A stretch of 64,000 nucleotides of DNA from Heteronotia binoei. Lineage: Eukaryota. Shown here piece after piece: positions 22,868 to 35,300 of this stretch; position 1 is the stretch's first letter, and every line of letters begins with the position of its first letter. The notes under the pieces are model-generated. The model did no database searches and was not told the DNA's origin. It saw only the letters and a program-made list of their open reading frames with translations. The stretch is taken from positions 15,748,001-15,812,000 of the forward strand of contig NC_083235.1 of NCBI RefSeq assembly GCF_032191835.1, written 5' to 3'. Position numbers and translations under genes: made by a program.

Positions 22868-25800
22868 TACATGAGCCTGTACGAGAGCCGGGGCCCGGAC
22901 TTGACCAGTGTCAAGGGATTCCTACAGGCGATGCTACTCCAGTATGAAGACCCCTTGTAAGAGACTCGGGCCGTCACCGTGCTACGTGACATGCAGCAGG
23001 GATCGAGATCAGTGAGGGAATATACAGCTAACTTCAGGGCCCACTGCGCCAAGGTCCGGGGCTGGAACAAGATGATGAAGATCGAGGTGTATCAGCAGGG
23101 CCTCAACGCTAGCCTCTTGGACCGGGCCTTTCATCAAGCCCGCCCCACCACGCTGGTGGGGTGGATGCAGTTGGCCGGAGAAGTCGAAACCAACATGAAG
23201 CGCATAGCACTGCAACGACAACAGCAGCAAAGGGGAAAGGGGGGACGTGAGACTCGGTCAGGCCCCAAAACCGAAGCAAAGAAAGCGCCAGCCCTGGGGG
23301 GAACCCCTAAAACCACTACAAGTTGAAAGTGTTTCAGATGTGGAGACCCGGGGCACCTGTTAGTGAACTGCCTGGAGAAACCTCAAACCCCCCCCCCCCG
23401 TAACCCGAAGCCGACGGCAGCGGGACCCAAGAAGATGCCGGGGAAGTCCAAAGAGCCTAGTTGGGGCAGCACCGCAACATCGATAGTGCTTGACGATACT
23501 ATAATTGTAGATGACCTGAGCGAGGAGTCGTGGGAGCCCGAGCTGGCGGGAAACGGGAGCGACCTGCACTGATCGGTGCCGGGAGGCAGGTCGTGGATCT
23601 AACGGCACCATTACGGGTGAGAATAACTGGGGCCCTGTTTTTCGTCCCTTTGACTTTATTGAACCCAAAGCTCAAACGGTTCATGCACGCCAGAGCCTTA
23701 ATCGACTCTGGGTGCACGAGGCAAATTATAACCCCAAAGCTGGTGGATGCCATTGGACTGTCTCGAGCTCCCTTGCCCCATCCAATCCAGTTCGAACAGA
23801 TGGATGGGTCCGTGATGAGAGGGGAGCCGTGTGTGGAAGAGACTCAGGGCTTGCCGGTGGGGATAGACGAACATTGGGAGGTGGAAGTCTTTGTGATTGC
23901 CCCCTCGTTGTCCTTCGATGTAGTGTTGGGGATGGGCTGGCTAGCCAGGCACCAGCTGGACATACAGTGGGGAGCACAGACCATAGACTTTACCGATAGA
24001 CGGTGTATGCACCACCTCTGGCTAGAGAAATGGGGGCCAAGCCCACCCCCGAAAAACGAAAAGATGTGTGTGTCAGTAGAGGAGGTCCGATTGATCCCCA
24101 GGGAGTACCGGGACTTGAGGAAAGTGTTTAGCGAGGAGGAAGCCAATGAACTACCACCCCACCTCAGCACCGACTGCGCCATCGAGCTGATCCCGGGCCA
24201 AGAACTCCCAAAGGTTAAACTGTACTCCATGGGGTGGGCAGAGAAAACGGAATTACGGAAGTTTATCGATAAAAACTTAAAACAGGAGTTTATCAGACCA
24301 GCCACCGCACCTCACGCTGCCCCCGTCCTCTTCTGGAAGAAGAAGGATGGGAGCCTGAGGCTTTGCACGGACTTTCACGGGATAAATGGGATTTCAATGT
24401 CCAACGCCTACCCCATCCCCCTCATCAAAGACTTATTAAGTACAGTGTCTGAGGGGTCCATATTCACCAAGTTGGACCGGAGGGACGCTTACTTCCGAGT
24501 AAGAATCAAAGAGGGGGACAAGTGAAAGACGGCGTTTAATACACTCATGGGGCAGTTTGAATATTTGGTGATGCCCTTTGGACTCCAAGGGGCCCTGGGA
24601 GTGTTCATGAACTTTATCAATGAAGTGCTGAGAGAGTACTGTATAAGGGGGTGGTGGTGTACCTGGATGACATTATCTACTCGAAAGATCTACCCTCCCA
24701 CGTGCAGCTGGTGAGGAAAGTGCTCTCCACCCTATACGAACACAAGCTATACGCGAAGCTGTCCAAGTGCGAGTTTCATCAGACGGAACTTGATTACCTG
24801 GGGTTCCGAGTCTCCGGGAAGGGGTTAGCAATGGACCTGGCCAAGATACAAGCGGTGCTGGATTGGGAACCCCCGAGGACACGTAGACAGTTACAATCCT
24901 TCCTCAGGTTCGCCAATTTCTACAGGGGGTTCATTCAGGGGTTCGCCCAGGTGATGTTACCCCTAACAGACTTGCTCAAAACGAAAGGGAAGGAGCTGGA
25001 TGCAAAAAAACCCAGGGCCAGGCTCCGTTGGTTGCCAGAATGCCAAAGAGCTTTTGATAAACTCTTTGTGGTCTAGTGTGACGCCTCTGATGTAGCTGTC
25101 GGGGCAATATTAATGCAGAGGGATGAGGAGGGAAGGTTGAAACCCTGTGCCTATATTTCTAGAAAATTTTTGCAGGAACAGCGTAACTGGTCGGTCTGGG
25201 ACAAAGAGGCGTTTGCTGTAACTTTTGCTCTAAAGACCTGGCAATCCTGGCTAGAGGGGGCGAGGGTCCCATTCGAAATCTGGACCAACCATAAAAACCT
25301 AGAGGCACTTACAGGCCGCCAAAAGCTAACTGCAAAGCAAATTCGATGGGCCGGCTTCTTTGCCAAGTTCGACTTTACTCTCAAGCACATACCAGGATCA
25401 AAAAATTTCTTAGCCGATGCATTGTCTCGTCTTCCCCAGTATGAAAGCCAGAGGGAGGAAGTCATAGACTCCATCATTCCCCCCTCCGCAGTGGTGGAGG
25501 CCGTAACCACTCGATCAGGAAAAAGAATGAAACCTCCAGAGCCATGGGGTGGTGGTGGTAATAGACTGATCGAGGAGACCAAGGGGGAGGGGACGCACAG
25601 GTCGGAAGGAATTGTGAAGGGAGACGGGTTTTTTTGGTACTATGAAGGGAAGCTGTATGTGCCCCAAACCCTCCGCCATGAGGTTTTACAGCATTGCCAC
25701 TGCAGCAAGCTGGCCAGCCACTTTGGTTACGTGAAAACACTACACTTAGTCAACAGGCAGTTTTGGTGGCCACACATGAAAAAGGACATCTCGGAATTTG

Positions 25801-27431
25801 TGGCCACCTGCCCCACTTGCATCATGGCGAAAAAGCGGGGGGGGGGAGGGGGTAAAACGCCGGGCCTCCTTCAACCCACCCCACAGCCAACCGGCCCTGG
25901 TCAGTGGTGTCAATGGACTTTATAGTGGAATTGCCGGTATCACAGAGCAAAACAGTGATCTTAGTAGTGGTAGACAACTTCTCTAAACAGGCCCACTTTA
26001 TTCCATGCAAACAGCTCCCCACTGCAAAAAAGTTGGCGTATTTGTTCTTTAAGCACGTTGTTAAACTACACTCGTTTCCCGATAAAGTCATTAGCGACCG
26101 CGGGCCGCAATTCATTGCCACCTTCTGGCGGGAGTTTTGCAAGTTGACTGGCATAGAGCAGAGGCTGAGTTCCGCCTACTACCCACAGACAGAAGGACAG
26201 ACAGAACGCGTGAACGGGCTTCTGGAGCAGTACTTGAGGTGCTATGTGAATTATCAACAGTCAAATTGGGTGGAACTGCTCCCCTTTGCAGAATATGGGT
26301 ACAATAACAGCCTGCACAGTTCCACCAAAGCATCCCCCTTTCAAATAGTAAACTGCTATGAAGGGAAGCCTTTTCCGCTGTTGCCCAGCACCCCGACGGC
26401 CCCGACTCCCACCTCTTGCCAGCAATGGTGGGAGGATATAAAGAAGGGATGGGCAGTTATCCAGGAGAACTTGGAAAGGCCAAAAGAGACTACAAAGCCC
26501 ATTTCGACAAAAAGCATTCGCCTGAATGGGACTTTAAAGTGGGAGAGACAGTTTTCCTATCCACTAAAAACCTACCTTTACCACAGACTTGCAGGAAACT
26601 GGCATACAAGTACTTGGGGCCATTCAAAATAAAAAGAGTAATAAACAAAGTGACTGTAGAATTGGAACTTCCTAAACTGTTTAGTAAAATCCATCCTGTT
26701 TTCCATTGCAAACTTCTTCGGAAAGACCCTGGAATTTCGTCTTGGCACCCCCGCCCTCAAGAGCCCCCACCTATTCAAGTGAGGGGTCAGAGTCATCATG
26801 AGGTGCAGGAGATGCTAGACGCCAAACTGAAGAGGGGAGTGTTGTACTTTCTAGTGCGTTGAAAATACTTCCCACCAAGCTGTGATGAGTGGGTCAAATC
26901 ATCGGACCTACAAGCCCCTCTCCTTCTGAAAAGATTTTACCTACTGCACCCAGACAAACCCCGAGCAAAAGCTTAGGGGGGGCAGTATGTCAGACAATGT
27001 AACTTTACCTGAAACGCTTAGCCAAACTGTTGCCATCTTGAATCAATGTTACTGACCTTGAGAAAAGCCTTGCATATCAAAGTAGAGCCTATAGATTGTG
27101 GCCTGTGAACTGTTCCCCCTCTTTGTACTAACAAAAGCAGACATTCTCCCTTTGAAGATAAAGTGCCTCCAGGGACAGCCTGTTAACTATCCCAGGAAGA
27201 CAAACCGTAACACTAAGATAAGAGGGAAGGACCATGTGAATCTTCGCACCTCGGTCCAGCAATGTTTAGAATTGTGGCTTCATGTAATTTCCTTTAATGT
27301 AAACCCCTTATAGTGTGCTCTAGCCTGATACATGGTATCAGTCTCAATTTTCTAGTCTGGATGCTTATGGATTATCAAATAAAGCCTTACTTTGTATCAA
27401 CTCAAGGTCTGGTTGATCCTATTGTCTGACA
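22868..27431 (+). mobile_element. Ty3/Gypsy chromovirus-type LTR retrotransposon lacking the 5' LTR and 5' gag, decayed
   Basis: Gag remnant (QGSRSVREY), protease LIDSG, RT YLDD near 24660, RNase H, integrase (HHCC, SDRGPQF, GQTER), C-terminal chromodomain (YFLVR.KYFP..DEW), PPT 26975-26987, 3' LTR. Confidence 0.94.
26988..27431 (+). repeat. Gypsy 3' LTR (444 bp)
   Basis: Starts TGTCAGACAAT and ends ATTGTCTGACA (11-bp inverted termini), follows the PPT; host paralogous sequence resumes at 27432. Confidence 0.9.
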
Positions 27432-27857
27432 TTGCACAGGCAACAGAGCATCCCGAGAGGACTTTTGTGTGCACTCTCCTGCATCAGCTGACATTTCTGG
27501 GGCATTTCCCCACCATCATGCTTTTGGAGGACCTCTTTCAACATTTTTTAAAACGGCAATTGTGAAAATGAGAGTTGGGAATTCAGAGGAAATTAATGGG
27601 GTGGATCCTACTACTATAGTGCCCATCCACTGTGCAAAGTTTATTTGTGTACCACCTTTCCTTCGGGCTCACTTTTGAAACCTTCCTCCAGCCTAAGGAG
27701 CCGTCCTTCAATGGATCTTCAGTTGCAGGAAGCACCAAGTTTGAGGAGGGCTTCTTGGAAGATTGGTTGGATCCACTCTAAAAGTTCATGGCAAGAGGTG
27801 TTGGATCCAACCAGGGATCCATGGCAAGTTCATGGCAAGAGGTGTTGGATCCAACCA

Positions 27858-28103
27858 GAGCCAGTTTGGTGTAGTGGTTAAGTGTGTGGACTCTTATCTG
27901 GGAGAACCGGGTTTGATTCCCCACTCCTCCACTTGCACCTGCTGGAATGGCCTTGGGTCAGCCATAGCTCTGGCAGAAGTTGTCCTTGAAAGGGCAGCTG
28001 CTGTGAGAGCCCTCTCCAGCCCCACCCACCTCACAGGGTGTTTGTTGTGGGGGAGGAAGGTAAAGGAGATTGTGAGCCGCTCTGAGACTCTTCGGAGTGG
28101 AGG
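27858..28103 (+). mobile_element. Squam3-like SINE specific to unit B, running into an N gap
   Basis: Same head and body as the other copies; absent from unit C near 35320. Confidence 0.8.
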
Positions 28104-29628
28104 NNNNNNNNNNNNNNNNNNNNNNNNNNNNNNNNNNNNNNNNNNNNNNNNNNNNNNNNNNNNNNNNNNNNNNNNNNNNNNNNNNNNNNNNNNNNNNNNN
28201 NNNNNNNNNNNNNNNNNNNNNNNNNNNNNNNNNNNNNNNNNNNNNNNNNNNNNNNNNNNNNNNNNCAGGAACTCATTTGCATTTTAGGTCACACCCCCTG
28301 ATGTCAAGCCAGCCGGAACTGCATTTCTGTACATTCCTGTTCAAAAAAGCCCTGGATCCACCTAAGATTAAGCCAAGATCACTGAGGACCCCTCTCCCNN
28401 NNNNNNNNNNNNNNNNNNNNNNNNNNNNNNNNNNNNNNNNNNNNNNNNNNNNNNNNNNNNNNNNNNNNNNNNNNNNNNNNNNNNNNNNNNNNNNNNNNNN
28501 NNNNNNNNNNNNNNNNNNNNNNNNNNNNNNNNNNNNNNNNNNNNNNNNNNNNNNNNNNNNNNNNNNNGGGATGGAAGAAAGGAAGGAGAAAGCAAACTTC
28601 TGGCTTCCAGTTGGCACTGATTGTTCTCTTTCTCTCCCTGGTGGGATCAGTGCCTGGAAGAGAAAGGAGGAAATGATGCTGTTGCTTTCTCCTGCTGTCA
28701 CCACCTGTCTGTCTGTCCAGCTTTTTCTCTGTCTTTGCTGTTGCTTTTCTCTGCTGTCCCCTGCTGTCTTTCTGCCTTACCTGGTTTCCTCTGCAACCAT
28801 CTAACGCTTTCCCTCTCCCCTAATAGATTGCCTGGCTTTCTTTTGCCCCCACCCCATCACTATTGCTGGTTGCCTTCATGTTAGCCAACATTCAATTGAG
28901 GACCATGGAAACCCCCCTCTCATTTTAAAAAATGTTCGTCTACAAACTTAGGGGTTCCACTGTGCTTGTAGAAAAATGACTTCTTTCCATATCGGCCCCA
29001 TTGTGCAGGTTTTCTGATCAGCACTCAGTAGGAAATTTAGGTTTTTTTAAATAAAAAAATAATTCCTGAATTCTTGATCCAGAGCTTCACAATTCTGAAT
29101 CTGAATTCTGACACAGAATCTTGAGGCTGATGCATGTATCTTGTGTGGCAGGAATAAAATCAGGGGTGACAGGGGAGAGAGAGAGAGAGAAAGAGAGGGA
29201 GAGAAATGTGAGATTGAGAAAGAACACGTCAAGGAAGGATTCTACCATAGTTTTCTCAGTTTGGTGTAGTGGTTAAGTATGAGGACTTATGTGGAAGAAC
29301 CGGGTTTGTTCTCCACTTCTTCACATGCAACTGTGACATTGGGTCAGTTATAACTCTGTCATAGGCTGTTCTGGAAATAACAGTTTCTGTCAGACCTCTA
29401 AGCTCCACCTACTTCACAGGGTGTCTGTTGTGGGGAAGGGAAGAGCAAGAAGATTGTAAGCCGCTCTGAGATGCCTTTGGGTAGTGAAGGGTGGGATATA
29501 AATCTAGTTTCTTCTTCTTCTTCTGATAGCCAGATAGTGGTGGGAGGGAGAAATGTGAATCTTGGGTTTAATTAGGCATACTTGATCTCAGGCCTCTAAC
29601 TTTCTTGCTATCTCCTCACTTCAGCAGC

Positions 29629-30570
29629 ATGAGTCCAATGAATCACGGGAACACAACAGAAGTTTCTGAGTTCCTCCTCCAAGGTTTTTCATTGCAACCA
29701 GAGCTCGAAAGACTCTTCTTCCTTCTCTTCCTTTCCATCTATCTGCTCATCCTCCTGGGAAATGTCACAATCATCTTGTTGATCCGCTCTGACACGCAGC
29801 TCCTCCAGACTCCCATGTACTTCCTGCTCAGCAACCTTGCCCTAGCTGACCTTGGTTTCACCTCCACCACCATCCCCAAGGCATTAGATAACCTGATGTC
29901 TCAGAAGAAGACTATCTCCTACAGCGGTTGTCTGGCTCAGATGTTTTTCTATATATTTTTTGGTGACTCAGGCAGCTTCCTGCTGGCTTCCATGGCCTAC
30001 GACCGCTATGTGGCTATCTGTTGCCCACTGCACTATTCCACCATGATGAGCCACAAGCGTTGTCTTCAGCTGGCTGCAGTGCCCTGGGTTATCGCCATAA
30101 TCAACTCATTGCTTTATACGCTTTTGATAGCCCGTGTTGAGTTCTGTGACCCTGAAGAGATCCCTAATTTCTTCTGTGACATTTACCCTGTTCTGGATGT
30201 CTCTTGCTCTGATACGAGCCTCTTAGAGACACTTCTGATGACAGCGGTGGTTGTGGTGATCCTGGGGCCATTTGTGCTCATTATCATTTCATATGCACTA
30301 ATCTTTTATACCATCATGAAAATTCCATCTGCCGTTGGGAAACGCAAGGCTTTCTCCACATGCGGGTCCCACATCTGCGTGGTGGTCTTGTTCTACGGCA
30401 CTGTAAGCTGGATATATTTCAAGCCAAATTCAAAGAATTTAAACCGTGAGGACACGGTGGCAGCTGTGATATATACCATGGTGACCCCCATGTTGAATCC
30501 CTTCATCTACAGCCTCAGGAACAGTGAGATGAAGGTGGCTATGAAGAGGGTCATTAAGCGACATCTTTGA
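29629..30570 (+). CDS. Olfactory receptor OR-B, paralogue of OR-A/OR-C, 313 aa, intact
   Basis: MAYDRYVAICCPLHY, KAFSTCGSH, PMLNPFIYSLRN; uninterrupted ORF from ATG 29629. Confidence 0.96.
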   Translation: MSPMNHGNTTEVSEFLLQGFSLQPELERLFFLLFLSIYLLILLGNVTIILLIRSDTQLLQTPMYFLLSNLALADLGFTSTTIPKALDNLMSQKKTISYSGCLAQMFFYIFFGDSGSFLLASMAYDRYVAICCPLHYSTMMSHKRCLQLAAVPWVIAIINSLLYTLLIARVEFCDPEEIPNFFCDIYPVLDVSCSDTSLLETLLMTAVVVVILGPFVLIIISYALIFYTIMKIPSAVGKRKAFSTCGSHICVVVLFYGTVSWIYFKPNSKNLNREDTVAAVIYTMVTPMLNPFIYSLRNSEMKVAMKRVIKRHL

Positions 30571-30964
30571 TGATCAAGGGCCAAACTACTGGATTAAATG
30601 TTTTTTAAAAAATCATTTTGCTTTGGGAGCACAGAAACTTTACACACTATCCCTTATCCTCCACATGTCCCAGTTAAGTGGAAAATGCTGTTCAGTAATT
30701 ACAAAGATAATGTGAATTCAATAGTAACAAGAGAAAGAAATCTTGCTTACAAAAATAGAAGCTCATTTTACAGGACATATTCATTTAGGTACATTTTGAC
30801 TTAATGTGAACAGATTAACTTCATAAAGGTTATCTTGCTACAGATCCACAACCATGTAAGAAAAGAAGAGAGATCCTATAAAACAACAGCCAAGTGGTTC
30901 AGCATCTAGCTGATGAGAGGGTGCAACCAACTGTGAAGCGTACCCAATACAGAGAGAATTGTGG

Positions 30965-31246
30965 TGGTGGCAACTACAAGCATAGACAGCTTCAAGAGGG
31001 GAATGGGTAAGCATATGGAGCAGAGGCCCATCAGTGGCTATTAGCCACAGCTTATTGTTGGAACTCTCTGTCTGGGGCAGTGATGCTCTGTATTCTTGTG
31101 CTGAGGGGGCACAGTGGAAGGGCTTCTAGCCCCACTGGTGGACCTTTTGATGGCACTTGGGGTTTTTTGGCCACTGTGTGACGCAGAGTGTTGGACTGGA
31201 TGGGCCAGTGGCCTGATCCAACATGGCTTCTCTTATGTTCTTATGA
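30965..31246 (+). mobile_element. CR1 3' end / 3'UTR
   Basis: Ends gcctgatccaacatggcttctcttatgttcttatg. Similar CR1 3' fragments at about 33200-33648, 44262-44735, 60820-61415 (+) and 13960-14030, 34195-34265, 56499-56765 (-). Confidence 0.8.
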
Positions 31247-31960
31247 ATTCTCTTAATCTTTTCTCTCCCAGAGTCACAATTAAGAATGATACATTTACAC
31301 ATCTATCTCCGATTTTGACATATTAATTTACTTCACTGTCCCCGCCCCCCAATTAAATCCAAACATTGGTGCCTTCTTTGGTTCCAAGGCAAAATGATTT
31401 ATTCTCACATTTAGCTTAGCTTGTTATTCCTGTTTGCATTTATTAAAATATCTTCATTATATTGTATGCTAATTAGCTGTTCAACCTCTGTCTTATATGT
31501 ATGGTAAATTCTATTTCATTGTGTGTGAGCACATGAAAGCTCATACCTTGAATAAAACTTTGTTGCTCTTAAGGGCACCTCTGCAGTCAAACTTTGTTCT
31601 ATAAACTGGTTGGCAAAGCCATCAATAACAGGAAATATTTTCTATCCTTACAGCTTTGGAAGGGAGATTTCTACCTGTGAAATGGCCACTATGCTGCTTT
31701 TCAGCCATAAAAGAAAGCATTGGGAATCCAAGATGGACTCAGTTCTTCCTAGGGTTACCAGGTCTTGGTTGGAAAATACTTGGAGACTTTGGGGGTGGAT
31801 CCAGGAGAGGACAGGTTTTGGGGAGGGGAGGGGCTTTAGCATGGTCCAATGCCACAGTGTCCACTCAAGGGCACTCAGAAGGGTTGATTGGGGTCCAAGG
31901 CACACCATGACATTCGCTAGGAAGCCTATCCAAGAGCATTTAGCAGGAAATCCATCCAAT

Positions 31961-32330
31961 GCATTCTGAAGGAAGTCCCTCCAAGGGCATTCAGAGGGAG
32001 GTCCATTTAAAGGCATTCAGAAGGAGGTCCCTCCAAGGGATTCAGAGGGAGGCCCATCTAAAGGCATTCAGAAGGAGGTCCCTCCAAGGGATTCAGAGGG
32101 AGGCCCATCTAAAGGCATTCAGAAGGAGGTCCCTCCCAGGGGATACAGAGGGAGGTCCCTCTGAAGACATTCAGAAGGAGGTCCCTCCAAGGGGATTCAG
32201 AGGGAGCTTCACATAAAGACATTCAGAAGGAGGTCCCTCCAAGGGGATTCAGAGGGAGGTCCATCTAAAGACATTCAGAAGGAAGTCCCTTCAAGTGGGA
32301 AGGTCCATTCAGAGAGAGTTCCATCTAAGG
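31961..32330. repeat. Same 26/52-bp minisatellite, about 7 units (unit C)
   Basis: Same consensus and same downstream flank (ggtcttacatgctagtcagggtagct). Confidence 0.92.
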
Positions 32331-35300
32331 GGAAAGGTCTTACATGCTAGTCAGGGTAGCTACCCCACCATCCATCGCTGCTCCACATGAGCTATTCTAT
32401 GCCACTATCACCCCATTCCTGGCCCCAGTGTTGACTGTCCAGATGTCCATCAACTGGCTGCCCCCTGCCCCCCATCAGCCCCCCAACACCAAAGAGGGCA
32501 ACAAACAAACAAAAACAATCCTGAGTGTTAATGTTCTGATAGGAAGCTAGGGAGTAGGGAGGATATATTGTGCATCCAGTCTCTGACTCTTTCTTTGGGA
32601 TTTCTTGCTGCTTTCCGATTCTAAACGCCTGTGTGTGTTAAAGAAGAATCACACCATAAACAAGCTAATTTGCTTCGGCCTCTGGGGTCCTGTCTCAGAA
32701 CTATTCCTCAAGGGATGGCTCAAGAGGAAACCTGGTTGAGCCATTCTCTGGGTATCACAGCCCTGAAGGGTGCCAAGCTGTGAACAAAAGCTGATGCAGC
32801 CACCAGGCCACCATCTCTTCATGCAATAGCAAACTGCATGTCAGATCTGCTCAGCAGAATAAGGAGGCTTGTGTTAACCCAGAAGAAAAAGCCAAATATT
32901 TTCCCTCCTTTCTGATCTCTCCATGGGATGGTCCCTTCGTTCTTCGACACCTACAGACTCGCAGACTCTGCTGCTGCTGCAAATAGTAAGCATCTTTTTT
33001 TACATGCACAATAAATAAGCAAGAAGCCAACACCATGTCTGTTGGAGAGCTAAAGAAAACTATATTTACTAGAAACAAGAGAGGGAAGTTACATACGAAG
33101 GAAAATCAGAATAGCTACATCAGGGATGGCCAAATTTGCTTAATGTAAGAGCCACATAGAATACATTTTAGATGTTTGAGAATTGCAAAACATGAACGTT
33201 GGATGTGTGAGTCGACTGAGGGGTGACATGGTTGAGGATTACGCATGGGACAGAGAAGGTAGAGAAAGAAGTCCTTTTCTCCCTTTCTCACAATACAAGA
33301 ATTTGTGGGCACTCCATGAAATAGCTGAGCATTCGGGTTAGAATGGATAAAAGGAAGTATTTCTTCACCCAAAGGGTGATTCACACATGGAATTCACTGC
33401 CACAGGAGGTGACGGTCGCTACAAGCATAGCCAGCTTCAAGAGGGAATTGAATCAACACATGGAGCAGAGGTCCATCAGTGGCTATTAGCCACAGCGTAT
33501 TGTTGGAACTCTCAGTCTGGGGCAAGTGATGCTCTGTATTCTTGGTGCTTGGGAAGGACAATAGTGGGAGGGCTTCTAGTGCCCTGGCCCCACTGATGGA
33601 TCTTCTGATGACATCTGGGCTTTTTGGCCACTATGTGTCACAGAATGTTAAAGCCAATGTGACCTAAGGCAGATAGACACTTTCAAAGCTCAATTAACCA
33701 ATGGTCATTCTGCTGGTTGTCTCTCTCTAGGAGATGGAAACAAACACTTTGATATGCTGGCTAGCACATTTAGTAAAATGTTTTACAATTATCATATAAA
33801 TCTTTTGACACATTATAGAGAAATATATCCCTATAGTGTTTCAAAGCGAACTCCATCCTCATGATGTTACAGTGAGTACCCGGATATAGACTCGTTTCAT
33901 CAAAGACTTCCTCAGGAGTATTCCCATTTTCTTCAAAGTTATCAGTCCCTTTTTTGGAAGTCAGTGTTTATAACATACATGTAATCAAACGATAATAAAA
34001 GCTGCTGTTGCTGCATTAAAAAATTATTTCAGACACTGGGTATGTATATTCATTATTAGAAAGGATCTATCCATTCATTGTTTCTGATCAATGAATAAGC
34101 ACGGCTTTTATTACAATTTGATTATATGTTTCTTGTTTATTTCCAATTTGAACACGGGAAACAAGCACGACCAGGAAGAAGATTTAAGAAACATATCATA
34201 AGAACATAAGAGAAGCCTTGTCGGATCAGGCCAGTGGCCCATCCAGTCCAAAACTTTGTCATACAGTAGGTATAATCCAGATAAATGTTGTTGCTTGTTG
34301 CTATCTGAATATTACTGAATCCCTCATACACAGTCCTGTTGAACTATTTGGACTCTTTGTCTATTGGTTAAAGATTGGGATTGTGAGGACAGGATCTGTG
34401 AGCGTTACCACTTGTATCCCAGCTGTATTGCAAAAGCATTCTTACCAGTTTATGGGCTGATGGTCATGGCCATTATTGTAATTTCATAATGTATATTGTA
34501 TCATGTTAAAAACTACAATTAAGCAATTCATTATATTATTTTTTAAGCTTTATATTTTTATTCTTTACATTCCCTTACACCATAAACGCCAGCATACAAA
34601 CCATAACAAACAAGAAAATAACAAAGCATAGGATGGAGTAGCAGTTTCCCTGATAGTTCATATATTAACAACTGGCCTATTCTCTTCCAATTTAACTTTT
34701 GCCTGCTCTTCAATATATACATATAACTATAAGTTAGAGTTTTTGTCAGCTGTACTTCCTATAGTACTCCATTAGTAGACCTTACATAGCCAATCAGTTT
34801 GGCCCAGTTTGGCCTGGTTGTGCTCTCAAAATATTAGACAGAGTAATTAATTATGTTATCAAGGTGTAGAAGTCCTTATTACTAGTATCTTCACACAGTT
34901 TATACTGGCTTTGGTTTCCCACTGTGAATGCAAAAGGATTTGCACAGACACCAGAGCATCCCGAGAGGACTTTTGTGTGCACTCTCCTGCATCAGCTGAC
35001 ATTTCTGGGGCATTTCCCCACCATCATGCTGTTGGAGGACTTCTTTCAACATTTTTTAAAATGGCAATTGTGAAAATGAGAGTTGGGAATTCAGAGGAAA
35101 TTAATGGGGTGGATCCTACTACTATCGTTCCCATCTGATGTGCAAAATTTATTTGTGTATCACCTTTCCTTCGGGCTCACTTTTGAAACCTTCCTCCAGC
35201 CTAAGGAGCCGTCCTCCAATGGATCTTCAGTTGCAGGAAGCACCAAGTTTGAGGAGGGCTTCTTGGAAGATTGGTTGGATCCACTCTAAAAGATCATGGC

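Noticed and set aside
21962-22960. Novel RT-Gag fusion gene
   Set aside because: It is a chance in-frame deletion junction. Both parts carry frameshifts or stops, and the ORF terminates 30 codons into gag.
28031-28804. ORFs containing X runs (also near 3040, 35500 and 59100)
   Set aside because: Artefacts of translating through N gaps.
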